Shown: in pieces, positions 18,493-26,518 of the stretch
How positions within the stretch are numbered: the first letter of the stretch is position 1
Layout of the letters: every line of letters begins with the position of its first letter
DNA from: an uncultured virus (IMG/VR IMGVR_UViG_3300029305_005184)
Lineage: Duplodnaviria; Heunggongvirae; Uroviricota; Caudoviricetes
Length of the DNA stretch: 32,457 bases
Direction: 5' to 3' (one strand)
Virus record (IMG/VR): IMGVR_UViG_3300029305_005184
The notes under the pieces: generated by a model
The model's input: only the letters and a program-made list of their open reading frames with translations
Databases searched by the model: none
What the model was told of the DNA's origin: nothing
Program-made: the position numbers and the translations under genes

Positions 18493-19074
18493 TCACTTCA
18501 GCTCGAAGGTGACTTTTTTGCCGGTATTGGTTACGACGTAAACGGTATAACGATTGCGGCCATTGTCGATGCGCCTCTGAAAGCTGATGATGTTATGGAT
18601 GGTGCATCTGGAGCATCTAGGCTGACGCTTGACATATTTAAGAACGATCTGTTTTGCGCGGTCATCCATTTCAGAAATGAGCTTCCTGTTTCTTGCCGTC
18701 CAGCGGGCTTCGCGCTTTTTTTGAATCGCCTGATTTTCATCAGCCGGGACGTAATAGCAAGGCTTGTCGCCGCGATCATTGCCTGTCTTTGCAAAGCTGT
18801 GTTTTTCGATAATCTCCAGCTTGTTATTCCAGATGGTTTCATTGCCGCGAAACAGTTGGCAGGTATTACGGCCAACAGCGAGATCGACAAAATCGCCATC
18901 CCATGTACAGTATGTATCGAGAAGGATGCGAATAACTTCATCGCCTTTGCGAAGGTCGATCTTAGCGATTTCACCCTGAGAACCGCGCATCGTTCCGGCG
19001 TTGATGGTGTAGCCGTTTGCGAGGTATTCCGCAACCTTTGCGGTGTACATTGCTTCGATGTCCTTGAAAAACAT
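18493..19074 (-). CDS. Hypothetical phage protein
   Basis: GGAGG RBS, 193 aa. Confidence 0.6.
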   Translation of the reverse strand: MFFKDIEAMYTAKVAEYLANGYTINAGTMRGSQGEIAKIDLRKGDEVIRILLDTYCTWDGDFVDLAVGRNTCQLFRGNETIWNNKLEIIEKHSFAKTGNDRGDKPCYYVPADENQAIQKKREARWTARNRKLISEMDDRAKQIVLKYVKRQPRCSRCTIHNIISFQRRIDNGRNRYTVYVVTNTGKKVTFELK

Positions 19075-19166
19075 TACTTTTTCCTCCCGTTCAAAAAATC
19101 GCTGATGTGCTGCTGGTTCTTTTCGATGATCTGTTTCATAAGCTGGAGCTTCTGTTTTGTGGTCAT
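19074..19166 (-). CDS. Possible 30-aa peptide (not in ORF track)
   Basis: MTTKQKLQLMKQIIEKNQQHISDFLNGRKK; start and stop overlap the flanking genes. Confidence 0.4.
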   Translation of the reverse strand: MTTKQKLQLMKQIIEKNQQHISDFLNGRKK

Positions 19167-19321
19167 GCTTCCACTTCCTTCTTTTTAACTGCGATCAGCT
19201 GATTGCCGGTCTCGGTGATTGCGGTCATGTGACGCTGAAGGTTTGCTTCGGTCAAGGTCCAGGTATTGACGACGGTTCCGTTCGGCTGCTGGTAAGTGAT
19301 GAAGTATGCTTTCATTTTCAT
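19163..19321 (-). CDS. Small hypothetical protein, first gene after strong promoter
   Basis: ATG 19321 or 19315 downstream of consensus promoter. Confidence 0.5.
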   Translation of the reverse strand: MKMKAYFITYQQPNGTVVNTWTLTEANLQRHMTAITETGNQLIAVKKKEVEA

Positions 19322-19361
19322 GCCCTCGCTTTGTTTTTTTGTATTCCCTTGCTGTGTTTGT

Positions 19362-19408
19362 ATTATAGAATAAAAATTACTTTTTGTCAATAACAAAAAG
19401 TAATTTTT
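19362..19408 (-). promoter_or_regulatory. Perfect-consensus sigma-A promoter overlapped by a 16-bp inverted repeat
   Basis: TTGACA-17 nt-TATAAT (19390-19362); AAAAATTACTTTTTGT-5 nt-ACAAAAAGTAATTTTT (19372-19408). Confidence 0.85.
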
Positions 19409-19429
19409 CTATGGAAAGATTTGGGAACT

Positions 19430-19480
19430 AAAACAAGCGACAGAAACAAGCGACGCCGCCTTTGTCTGACAAAGGCGGCG
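19430..19480 (-). terminator. Terminator closing the upstream - strand operon
   Basis: CGCCGCCTTTGTC-T-GACAAAGGCGGCG (19454-19480) followed by T-rich sequence on the - strand. Confidence 0.65.
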
Positions 19481-19487
19481 CAGTGTG

Positions 19488-19847
19488 TTATTCCTGACGG
19501 GCTGATTCTTCTGCGTTGGCATCTTCCACGGGAAGGGTATACCATGCGGATTTCGCCCTTTCCGCGTCCGTTGGCGGCGCAAGCCAAGCGCGCCATGTGA
19601 CATTATAATTATCCCAATCCGCAGTGCTGATTCTGCGGAGGGTAGCGGGATAAATCCAGTTGCCCACCCTGCCGGGCGCATTGATCTCCACAAATACAGG
19701 CCACTTGTCCTCTTTGCCGGTCTGGGCTACTTCAAATTCCGACAACAGCCGGTTTCCGTGCTTGAGCCGGGAACGACACTCGGCAAATACATTGTTGAAT
19801 CCATCCTTGATCGCTTCGTCCAGCGCGAATTTTTCTTCGTTGCTCAT
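19488..19847 (-). CDS. Hypothetical phage protein
   Basis: 119 aa, operonic. Confidence 0.55.
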   Translation of the reverse strand: MSNEEKFALDEAIKDGFNNVFAECRSRLKHGNRLLSEFEVAQTGKEDKWPVFVEINAPGRVGNWIYPATLRRISTADWDNYNVTWRAWLAPPTDAERAKSAWYTLPVEDANAEESARQE

Positions 19848-19853
19848 GTGCTG

Positions 19854-20156
19854 TTACCCCGCATCCCTGATTCTGAAATGTACGTTGAAAACATGATAGA
19901 TTCCGATCTTATCCCGTATGTACTGCGGTTCCTTGTCGGCCATGCACCATCGCGCACCGTGGTCTTCGCTTTGACAAGTCATTATCCGAACAATCTCCTT
20001 AACGGCGGCAAGCGCGTCGTCATACGGCGTTTCCGCAGAAATACGGAACCAATAGCCGAAGGAATCGCTGAGCCTACCATAATCCACCATTACGCCGTTG
20101 CAATCAACGCGCATGTCGGTCTGTACGATCTCTTTGCGAAATACCTGTCTGATCAT
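19854..20156 (-). CDS. Hypothetical phage protein
   Basis: AAGGAG RBS; start overlaps upstream stop. Confidence 0.55.
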   Translation of the reverse strand: MIRQVFRKEIVQTDMRVDCNGVMVDYGRLSDSFGYWFRISAETPYDDALAAVKEIVRIMTCQSEDHGARWCMADKEPQYIRDKIGIYHVFNVHFRIRDAG

Positions 20157-20608
20157 TAGACGTGCTCCTTTTCGGGTGATTGTTTTTCCCTTTGCTGCTC
20201 AAGCAGCTTTTTGTTTTCGGGGTTTGCACTGCACAGATATTCAATTTCACTGCGCAGGCGGTCAGCTTCGGCCTGTGCCGCCTTAACGCCTTTGGGCGTG
20301 AGGCCGGTATCCTCATAGGAGACCAGCCTTGCGCGGACGTGTCCGAAGCCGCTGAGCGCGGCATAGATGGTTGCAACCGGACAGTTATTGAATACGCAAT
20401 CGCAGAGCCATTCGTCTTTTTCCTCGTTGCTGCTTTCGATGGAATCCGTAATCTTGCAGCCTCTGTATTCGCACAACTTCAAACAGAAATCCGTGGTGAG
20501 CATATCCGTGTCGCCGTGTCGGATATACTGCCAACCATCCTTACCATAGACGAGGTTCAGCATATTTTCCATGTTGCTGGACGGGATATCTGTAGTAAAT
20601 CTATCCAT
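20156..20608 (-). CDS. Hypothetical phage protein (Cys-rich, possible Zn binding)
   Basis: GGAGG RBS; CxxxC and C-x-C-x4-C motifs; 'RL..YED.GLTP' common phage motif. Confidence 0.6.
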   Translation of the reverse strand: MDRFTTDIPSSNMENMLNLVYGKDGWQYIRHGDTDMLTTDFCLKLCEYRGCKITDSIESSNEEKDEWLCDCVFNNCPVATIYAALSGFGHVRARLVSYEDTGLTPKGVKAAQAEADRLRSEIEYLCSANPENKKLLEQQREKQSPEKEHV

Positions 20609-20626
20609 GTCTTACCTCCAGACGGG

Positions 20627-21244
20627 TTATGCAACTTCTTCCCATGTAAAGCGACCCTTGCCGCTGTTGCGCCACTGGCCCAGACCGCGCAGCGCACCAT
20701 AATCAAGGCATTCGCGCACCCACTTCTCCATATCATCGCGGAGCAGCTTCAGCGTAAACACGATGGTGCTGCCGGCAGGCACGGTTTCGCTGCTTGCCAG
20801 AGCCACGATAGAGCCGTTTGGACCATCGCTGCGCAACGGGCGCTGACAGCATCCAATTTCGCCTGCGACATCAATGAGCACGTGACGCTCCTGGATGAAC
20901 AGCAGGCCGTCGATCTCCTTTTTATACGCCTTTACCTTGCTGCAGGCGGAACCGGGCGCCCTTCTGAGCATGCCGACGGTATCCTTGAAAAAGCCTTTGA
21001 TCTGATAATCATAGAAGAAGGGAACGCCGTTGTCTTTGGGAAAGATGGTTTTGCCTTTTTCCTGCATCGCCTCAACGCCGATCTGCTCAATCTCCTGTTC
21101 GCGGGTAGGCGCATCGGGCGCGTTTTTCGCGATGAAGGCGTCGTAGATATCCGTATCGGTGGGGCTCATGCCCAGCACTTCTTCAAGCAGAGTGATCTTT
21201 ACCTTGAGGGTCTTTCCGGGGATAGCATCAAAAGTATTATTCAT
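20627..21244 (-). CDS. Stand-alone RAMP-superfamily (Cas7/Csm3-like) protein
   Basis: N-terminal beta strand 'LKVKITLLEEVLG', 'IKGFFK' helix, 'ETVPAGSTIVFTL', C-terminal glycine-rich loop 'GLGQWRNSGKGRF'; CAGGAGG RBS; no other cas genes in window. Confidence 0.7.
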   Translation of the reverse strand: MNNTFDAIPGKTLKVKITLLEEVLGMSPTDTDIYDAFIAKNAPDAPTREQEIEQIGVEAMQEKGKTIFPKDNGVPFFYDYQIKGFFKDTVGMLRRAPGSACSKVKAYKKEIDGLLFIQERHVLIDVAGEIGCCQRPLRSDGPNGSIVALASSETVPAGSTIVFTLKLLRDDMEKWVRECLDYGALRGLGQWRNSGKGRFTWEEVA

Positions 21245-21283
21245 GAGTGTTTCCTCCTGATTGTTTGTATTATAGTGTGTGGC

Positions 21284-22020
21284 GGTTCCATGTCTTCTCC
21301 ATGCGTCTCACGGCGATTCAAATCCGTGTCATGTCCTTTCAAATCGCGGCGGTTCCCTTCCTTTCCATATCATTTCAGGTTGTATCAAATCATAGCAGGT
21401 CCATTTCGTGTCAGATCAATTCCAGTCGTGGTCATTCCATATCGCGTCGCATCCTCGCCTCTCCATGTCAGTTTTAGTCCCATCCGTGTTCCTCAGTTCC
21501 TTTTCAGTTCAGTTCTAATCGTATCCTAGCTTCTCCTTCTCGCATCAAGGCGTCTCAGCTCCTTGCCATTCCTTCTTGCGTCAGAGCTTTTCCCGTCCCT
21601 GCCAATCCTTTCGCATCCCTTTCACCTCGGTTACTTTCATTGCGCATCTTTTCAAATCCATTTCCTTGCAAATTCAGACGGCTTCTGCTCCTGTGCTTTC
21701 CATTCCCTTTCACTTCCGGGCTCAGCTCTTTTCTTTCCTATCTTTGCTCTTCCTTTCCGTTTCGGCTCTCAGCCCAGCATTTCCCCGCGTTTCTTTTCCG
21801 TTTCGTTTCAGAGCCCGGCATCTCACAGCTTTTCCGTGTCGAGTCAGTTTGATTCAATGCAGTTCCAATTCATGTCGGCTCAGCTCGGTTTGAGTCCACT
21901 CCATCTCTTTTCACTTCTACGCAGTTCAACGCTTATCCGTGTCGGGTCATATCATTTGCCATCTTTTCATATCCATGTCACCTCTGCTTCGATCGCAGCA
22001 TTGCTGTTCCGTTTCATGTT
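21284..22020 (-). repeat. Pentamer-periodic non-coding array (GA-NNN) with ~36-nt higher-order units; putative guide-RNA array
   Basis: + strand parses as NNNTC/NNNGC pentamers with a hexamer (junction TCCNTNTC) mostly every 36 nt; no - strand ORF of 60 aa or more. Confidence 0.85.
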
Positions 22021-22022
22021 AG

Positions 22023-22360
22023 CTAAAGTGGAATATCTTCGATATCCGAATTGTCGGGATTTGCAATGTCTATTCCGAAACATTCTTTGCAGATACGCCT
22101 TTCCTTCTCAAAGGCTTTTTGTATTCGGGCGTCTCTCTGGCTTTATTAGTGATGGTATAGCCGTTCAGAATTGCAGTTCCTTCCTCCGGGTCTCGTATGA
22201 CTTCTCGATCTGACTTCACCAAGCCTTTTGCCTTAAGTTCTTTCAGGATTTTGCGCGTTTTATAGAGAGACAAGCCGGTTGCCTTAGAAAGTGCGGTGGA
22301 AGGGTATGGGTGCCAACCATCCATCATATCAACGCGATGAAAACACAAATGATACAGCAC
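22023..22360 (-). CDS. Winged-HTH-like protein, probable 1-nt frameshift near 22117-22121
   Basis: 'STALSKATGLSLYKTRKILKELKAKGLV' HTH; as assembled ends at 22070; one extra A in the A5 run extends it to TAG at 22023. Confidence 0.5.
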
Positions 22361-22364
22361 ATCG

Positions 22365-22886
22365 TTAAAGGGTTCGATCTTTCGTCACCTCCGACTCGTT
22401 TTCAAAGGAAGGGAGATTTCTTCGGTGCATATTCGGCTCTTCGGATAAGCATACAATCCTGACGATACGATCCTGATTCAATCCGGCAGAATCGGAAAAC
22501 GGAAATTCGCCACAATGCGGACAGACAATGGTTTTCATCGCCTCATCTTCGCTCAGCTCGTAACCGCACCACGAGGCCGGCAATTCAAAGACAACTGCGT
22601 CATTGATTACCCTCCCGACATCGAACATGTATAAGCTGTCTGAGCCGTCGTGGTTAAAACAACGAGCACCGATCTGATCTAGCTGTTTTCCGCAGTGCTT
22701 GCACAGAATCATTTCTCCCTCGTCTTGAATCGAGTCATCAGCGCTTACAGCGAGAGTATCATCTATCATGTCGTATACCGCTTTGAGTGTCACGGTTACA
22801 TCGTCAATGCCTCCGTTTTCCCGGGCGATCTTTCTCGCAAGATCGCGCACGCTCATTTTGAGTTCTTCTGCATCAATCGGGCGCAT
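22365..22886 (-). CDS. Hypothetical phage protein with CxxC pairs
   Basis: 'MRPIDAEEL' phage N-terminus; CKHC and CPHC. Confidence 0.6.
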   Translation of the reverse strand: MRPIDAEELKMSVRDLARKIARENGGIDDVTVTLKAVYDMIDDTLAVSADDSIQDEGEMILCKHCGKQLDQIGARCFNHDGSDSLYMFDVGRVINDAVVFELPASWCGYELSEDEAMKTIVCPHCGEFPFSDSAGLNQDRIVRIVCLSEEPNMHRRNLPSFENESEVTKDRTL

Positions 22887-23118
22887 GGCGTTTTACTACC
22901 TCCAACGTATTATCTTCGTAGAGTATGATGCGATCACCGGCAGAGGCCTTAACATACCCGGAGAGCGTAGGCACGTGCAGTTCGTGGGTTTCGATATTGA
23001 CGAGAATCTGCGCGCCGATCAACCTTTGCAGGCGCGGACCCGGCAGGCTGGGTCCGGCGGCAGTGCCGCCGACGGTGAAGCTATCAATGATTGTCTGCTC
23101 ATTTTTCAGTACCTCCAT
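22873..23118 (-). CDS. Hypothetical protein
   Basis: Operonic overlap with neighbours. Confidence 0.45.
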   Translation of the reverse strand: MEVLKNEQTIIDSFTVGGTAAGPSLPGPRLQRLIGAQILVNIETHELHVPTLSGYVKASAGDRIILYEDNTLEVVKRHAPD

Positions 23119-23719
23119 CCATTTTTACGCCGCAGTATGGGCAGTAATCAAAACGATCTCTGCTATCGCGTTCACCGTTACACTCGGAACAATACATGCA
23201 GCCACCGCGTTCATAAATCCATCTTCCGTGCCTGAGTTTCTGTTCGTTACACTGTCTTTGTACTATTGGTTCCAGTGACCTTATGCGTTCAATGGCCTGT
23301 TCCGAAGTATGTCCATCCCATTCCGGGGCAAGATCGAGTTCCTGACACTGGAACATATTCCAATACGGGTCAATGTTGTAATGGTACGTTGCCTGTCCTT
23401 CCGGCGTCTGAATGCCCACGATGAACATTTCATCGAACATGCTGCCATCGCTGTGCTTTAGCGCTTTCCAAGCCTTATCCGAAAAGACCTTGACGATCAC
23501 AGAAAACAACACTGCGCGGTGATGATACAATTCATTGAAGGTGTGATAGCCATCTGAAGTATCGCCGTCAATCAGCGATTGAATATCCACGGCGGGAGCC
23601 TCCTGAACATCTTTGCACTTTACATACAGATGGTCGCACACGCCGTGAAGTTCGTGATCATAATGACGAACCAGAGAGACAGGCAGATCAGCCCGATTTA
23701 TCAGATCGACATTCCGCAT
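23099..23719 (-). CDS. WDGH-motif phage protein with C-terminal Zn ribbon
   Basis: 'SDGYHTFNELYHHR...WDGHT' and 'CSEC...CPYCG.KMD'; GGAGG RBS. Confidence 0.65.
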   Translation of the reverse strand: MRNVDLINRADLPVSLVRHYDHELHGVCDHLYVKCKDVQEAPAVDIQSLIDGDTSDGYHTFNELYHHRAVLFSVIVKVFSDKAWKALKHSDGSMFDEMFIVGIQTPEGQATYHYNIDPYWNMFQCQELDLAPEWDGHTSEQAIERIRSLEPIVQRQCNEQKLRHGRWIYERGGCMYCSECNGERDSRDRFDYCPYCGVKMDGGTEK

Positions 23720-24056
23720 CGTTATTCTTCCTCCTGTTTCCGTATGAGCAATAGTTATCGGCGGCGACGGCGATGAACTGGTCGCAATCGCTGTGCATGG
23801 CGCGGATGAAGCAATCGCCGATTGCGCTTTGCACTTTGCATTTTCGGGTTTCGTTGTACTCCATGAGCTGAGAACAATCCTTGCATCTGACCAGATCAAT
23901 GCCAACGGCATTTTCAATATCGTCCGCACCCACTACCGGGACGCGCATAGCCCAACCACCTTCGTCGTATACAGTGACTTGATACTGCTGATTGAGCAAG
24001 GCGGATCTGCTGACAAGATCATCGTGCGTTTGAGGGCTGCAATTCCGGTTATTCAT
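23688..24056 (-). CDS. Hypothetical phage protein (Cys-rich)
   Basis: GGAGGG RBS; 'VRCKDC...YCSYG.R' motif. Confidence 0.6.
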   Translation of the reverse strand: MNNRNCSPQTHDDLVSRSALLNQQYQVTVYDEGGWAMRVPVVGADDIENAVGIDLVRCKDCSQLMEYNETRKCKVQSAIGDCFIRAMHSDCDQFIAVAADNYCSYGNRRKNNDAECRSDKSG

Positions 24057-24064
24057 AACCCCTC

Positions 24065-24400
24065 CTACTTCAACTCTGCCGGCAGCACAGGCAATGGCAT
24101 CCAGCAGTGAACATCTGCCGTTTCCCATTCCTCGAAGCCGTCGATAATCCAACCTTCATTCTTGCTGTAGTTTGCAAGACAATAGGCTTTATCAAGGGTG
24201 ATGTTTTTGCGGGGTTTTCCGCTGACGATTGCCAGAACGCATTCGTCGGAACTCTTTGGCTGATCGACACGGGCATCAACGAAACCCTGCGGCATGTTCT
24301 CCAGCAGATCAGCAACCTCCAGAAATACCCGCTTGACTTCTGCACTCTCAGCGTATGCGATGCGCATATATCCGGCATACCACTTTGCATCCTGCGGCAT
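24065..24400 (-). CDS. DUF551-like protein
   Basis: C-terminal 'V.CWMPLP.LP'. Confidence 0.6.
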   Translation of the reverse strand: MPQDAKWYAGYMRIAYAESAEVKRVFLEVADLLENMPQGFVDARVDQPKSSDECVLAIVSGKPRKNITLDKAYCLANYSKNEGWIIDGFEEWETADVHCWMPLPVLPAELK

Positions 24401-24813
24401 TATAAACCCTCCTTCGGCATATCGGGCAGTGCGTCAAACGGCATCCATCCAATTACTTTGCTGTTTCGCCAATCATCCGAGCACCAGCCGATATTGGCGC
24501 TATAGGTGTCCCAGCTCTTTTGCATTTTGCCGCCAGGGAGCTGAATCAGCACGAGATATGCACCCCATTTCTCAGGCGGATTTTTTACACTATTCCATTT
24601 AGGTAACAGCTGTTCAAGTTGCTCGATGCACTTTAAGGCGTCTGCTTTGAGCACCTGAATACCATCGCTATCGCATTCTTCACAGTTCTTGCCGTATGGA
24701 CAGGCGCCGTCCGGCGCAATTTCATTGCGGGAACAGTATTTCAAACCTTCTTTCACCTTTTGAAGTTCTTCCACAGTCTTAATCCTTTCTGTATGACACT
24801 CAGGCAGCTTCAA
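24400..24813 (-). CDS. DUF551-like protein
   Basis: 'WNSVKNPP...YLV...VIGWMP...LP'. Confidence 0.55.
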   Translation of the reverse strand: MKLPECHTERIKTVEELQKVKEGLKYCSRNEIAPDGACPYGKNCEECDSDGIQVLKADALKCIEQLEQLLPKWNSVKNPPEKWGAYLVLIQLPGGKMQKSWDTYSANIGWCSDDWRNSKVIGWMPFDALPDMPKEGL

Positions 24814-25172
24814 AAGCCTATATCCGACAACGCGCTCTCGATTGCGTTTACAATTTCTATATCATCGACATCATAATCTTCCAGAGCTTCGGAAAAACAG
24901 GGAATGGTCGCACGCATATAGCTGGCGATCCATCCAGCCAGACCTTCTGTGTCATACCCATCAACTTTCGCATTTTTAGAAAGGGGCTGAATCATGCCAT
25001 CGGAATGGTGGGCGAGTCTGTCTGCGCCGATAATAACCCTTGTGCCTTTGGGAATGGTTGCTATGTCGCCCGAAAGAGCTTTTTCTACTTGAATATCACA
25101 TTTTGCAACCAGTATTTGACCGATTTTGTATTGATGCTGCTCAGATGGTTGGGGTTTGTTTTGACTTTTCAT
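24810..25172 (-). CDS. Hypothetical phage protein
   Basis: GAGGTG RBS. Confidence 0.55.
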   Translation of the reverse strand: MKSQNKPQPSEQHQYKIGQILVAKCDIQVEKALSGDIATIPKGTRVIIGADRLAHHSDGMIQPLSKNAKVDGYDTEGLAGWIASYMRATIPCFSEALEDYDVDDIEIVNAIESALSDIGF

Positions 25173-25183
25173 AATACACCTCG

Positions 25184-25519
25184 TCAACATTCTTGAGTAA
25201 TTCGATCTACGATTTCAACTGCAACGATATAGTTTTCGGCTTCATCAATCGGCTCATGGTCGATCTCCAGCACATCGGCCGAATCCTTTGCGTGCAGCTT
25301 CATGGAGCAGGTGTCGTCTTCTTCGTGGTAGATAAAGCAGCAATCGTTCTCGGAAATTTTAGGAGCGTCGTTCAAAAATTCAATGCCGGATTCCAGTATG
25401 CTTTTTCCACTACAGTTGCCGCCGATTTCAAAGGTAACGGTGCCGGAATACTGAAACACCATAAATGTAACGCGGACTACATGCTTGCTGTACGTGAGGT
25501 TTACATCGTAATACTTCAT
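25184..25519 (-). CDS. Hypothetical phage protein
   Basis: AGGTG RBS before ATG 25519. Confidence 0.55.
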   Translation of the reverse strand: MKYYDVNLTYSKHVVRVTFMVFQYSGTVTFEIGGNCSGKSILESGIEFLNDAPKISENDCCFIYHEEDDTCSMKLHAKDSADVLEIDHEPIDEAENYIVAVEIVDRITQEC

Positions 25520-25536
25520 ACACCTGTTACCCCTTT

Positions 25537-26283
25537 CTAATTCTTCACCGAGTGATACCATTCTGTGGTCAGCTGAGGCAAATGTTCTGCAAGCTGGCGT
25601 TTGCATTTCTCAATCATCAACCGAAGCTCGGGATGCGCCGTGGAATCTGCATCGCGCTCCTGAACGATGTGCGCAAATTCAGTACAGTTACACTTGAAAA
25701 TGAAGTTGGAAGGGATGGACAGCATGTACAATCCGCGCTTGACGTCCTTGCTGTTCTGTACATCTTCCCGGATATAACCGTTGACAGTACGAATGAATTT
25801 TGCTGTTCCTTTGCTCTTGCCGGTAGCACCATCTTCGATTTCGAGTTCGATGCTGTCCGGAAGCTGAATGTGAAGGAAATTCAGCACTTCATCCGTGGTG
25901 AGAATTTTTCCTTTGTACCAATCGGATTTCTCACCGCTTCCGAAATCAGCAAGGCGGGTAGAGGATCGGATAATGCGATTATCCAGGCGTTTCGCATGAG
26001 AATCAAAATCATCCTGTGCGCCACGATGTAATCCTTCCACCGTGAAGCTGAAGTCCAGAAATTTGTTCAAGGTAATATGAGTGCGCGCCCATTTGAAGGC
26101 CTTTTCGATCAAATCCAGCATTTCCGCGTTGGGTTCCTTGATTCGGCGACCCCAGCGGTCAAAATGCTCGGCGTAAAGGTTCATCAGGTATACTTCCTTT
26201 TCACGCGTCCATGTGCGCTTGGAAAAGAACATCGCGTCGATAGCGGCCCACAAGCCATTGATTTCATTCAGATACACTTTCAT
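25537..26283 (-). CDS. Divergent ThyX-fold (FAD-dependent thymidylate synthase-like) protein
   Basis: 'H.....F.F.VEGLHR', 'SSTR', 'H....R....AHPELR' follow ThyX layout, but the RHR signature is absent. Confidence 0.55.
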   Translation of the reverse strand: MKVYLNEINGLWAAIDAMFFSKRTWTREKEVYLMNLYAEHFDRWGRRIKEPNAEMLDLIEKAFKWARTHITLNKFLDFSFTVEGLHRGAQDDFDSHAKRLDNRIIRSSTRLADFGSGEKSDWYKGKILTTDEVLNFLHIQLPDSIELEIEDGATGKSKGTAKFIRTVNGYIREDVQNSKDVKRGLYMLSIPSNFIFKCNCTEFAHIVQERDADSTAHPELRLMIEKCKRQLAEHLPQLTTEWYHSVKN

Positions 26284-26515
26284 CGAGTTTTACCTCCTCC
26301 GGCAGTTCAACATCTTCGAAATAGTCAGAAAACAGCAGCGCAGGCTTGGCGGCAAGGGAATTGGCAAGCATGGCCACAGCCTTTCCTGCTTCAACCTGAT
26401 GGGCAATGAGAGCACCAACCGGGCCTCCCTGCGCAATGTTTTCCATGCGGCGCATTGTCTTTAAGACAATGTCAACGACTTCATCCTGAACGTTCTTTTC
26501 GACATACAGCATCAT
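26264..26515 (-). CDS. Hypothetical protein
   Basis: Operonic, GGGAG RBS. Confidence 0.5.
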   Translation of the reverse strand: MMLYVEKNVQDEVVDIVLKTMRRMENIAQGGPVGALIAHQVEAGKAVAMLANSLAAKPALLFSDYFEDVELPEEVKLDESVSE

Positions 26516-26518
26516 CTA

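Noticed and set aside
21284..22020. Canonical CRISPR array next to the Cas7-like gene
   Set aside because: There are no identical 25-40 nt direct repeats separated by unique spacers; conservation is interspersed every 5 nt
21247..22213. + strand ORFs (216, 105, 76, 70 aa) over the array
   Set aside because: F/S/P/L-rich products of a pyrimidine-rich periodic strand that is poor in stop codons; antisense to the surrounding operon; no RBS
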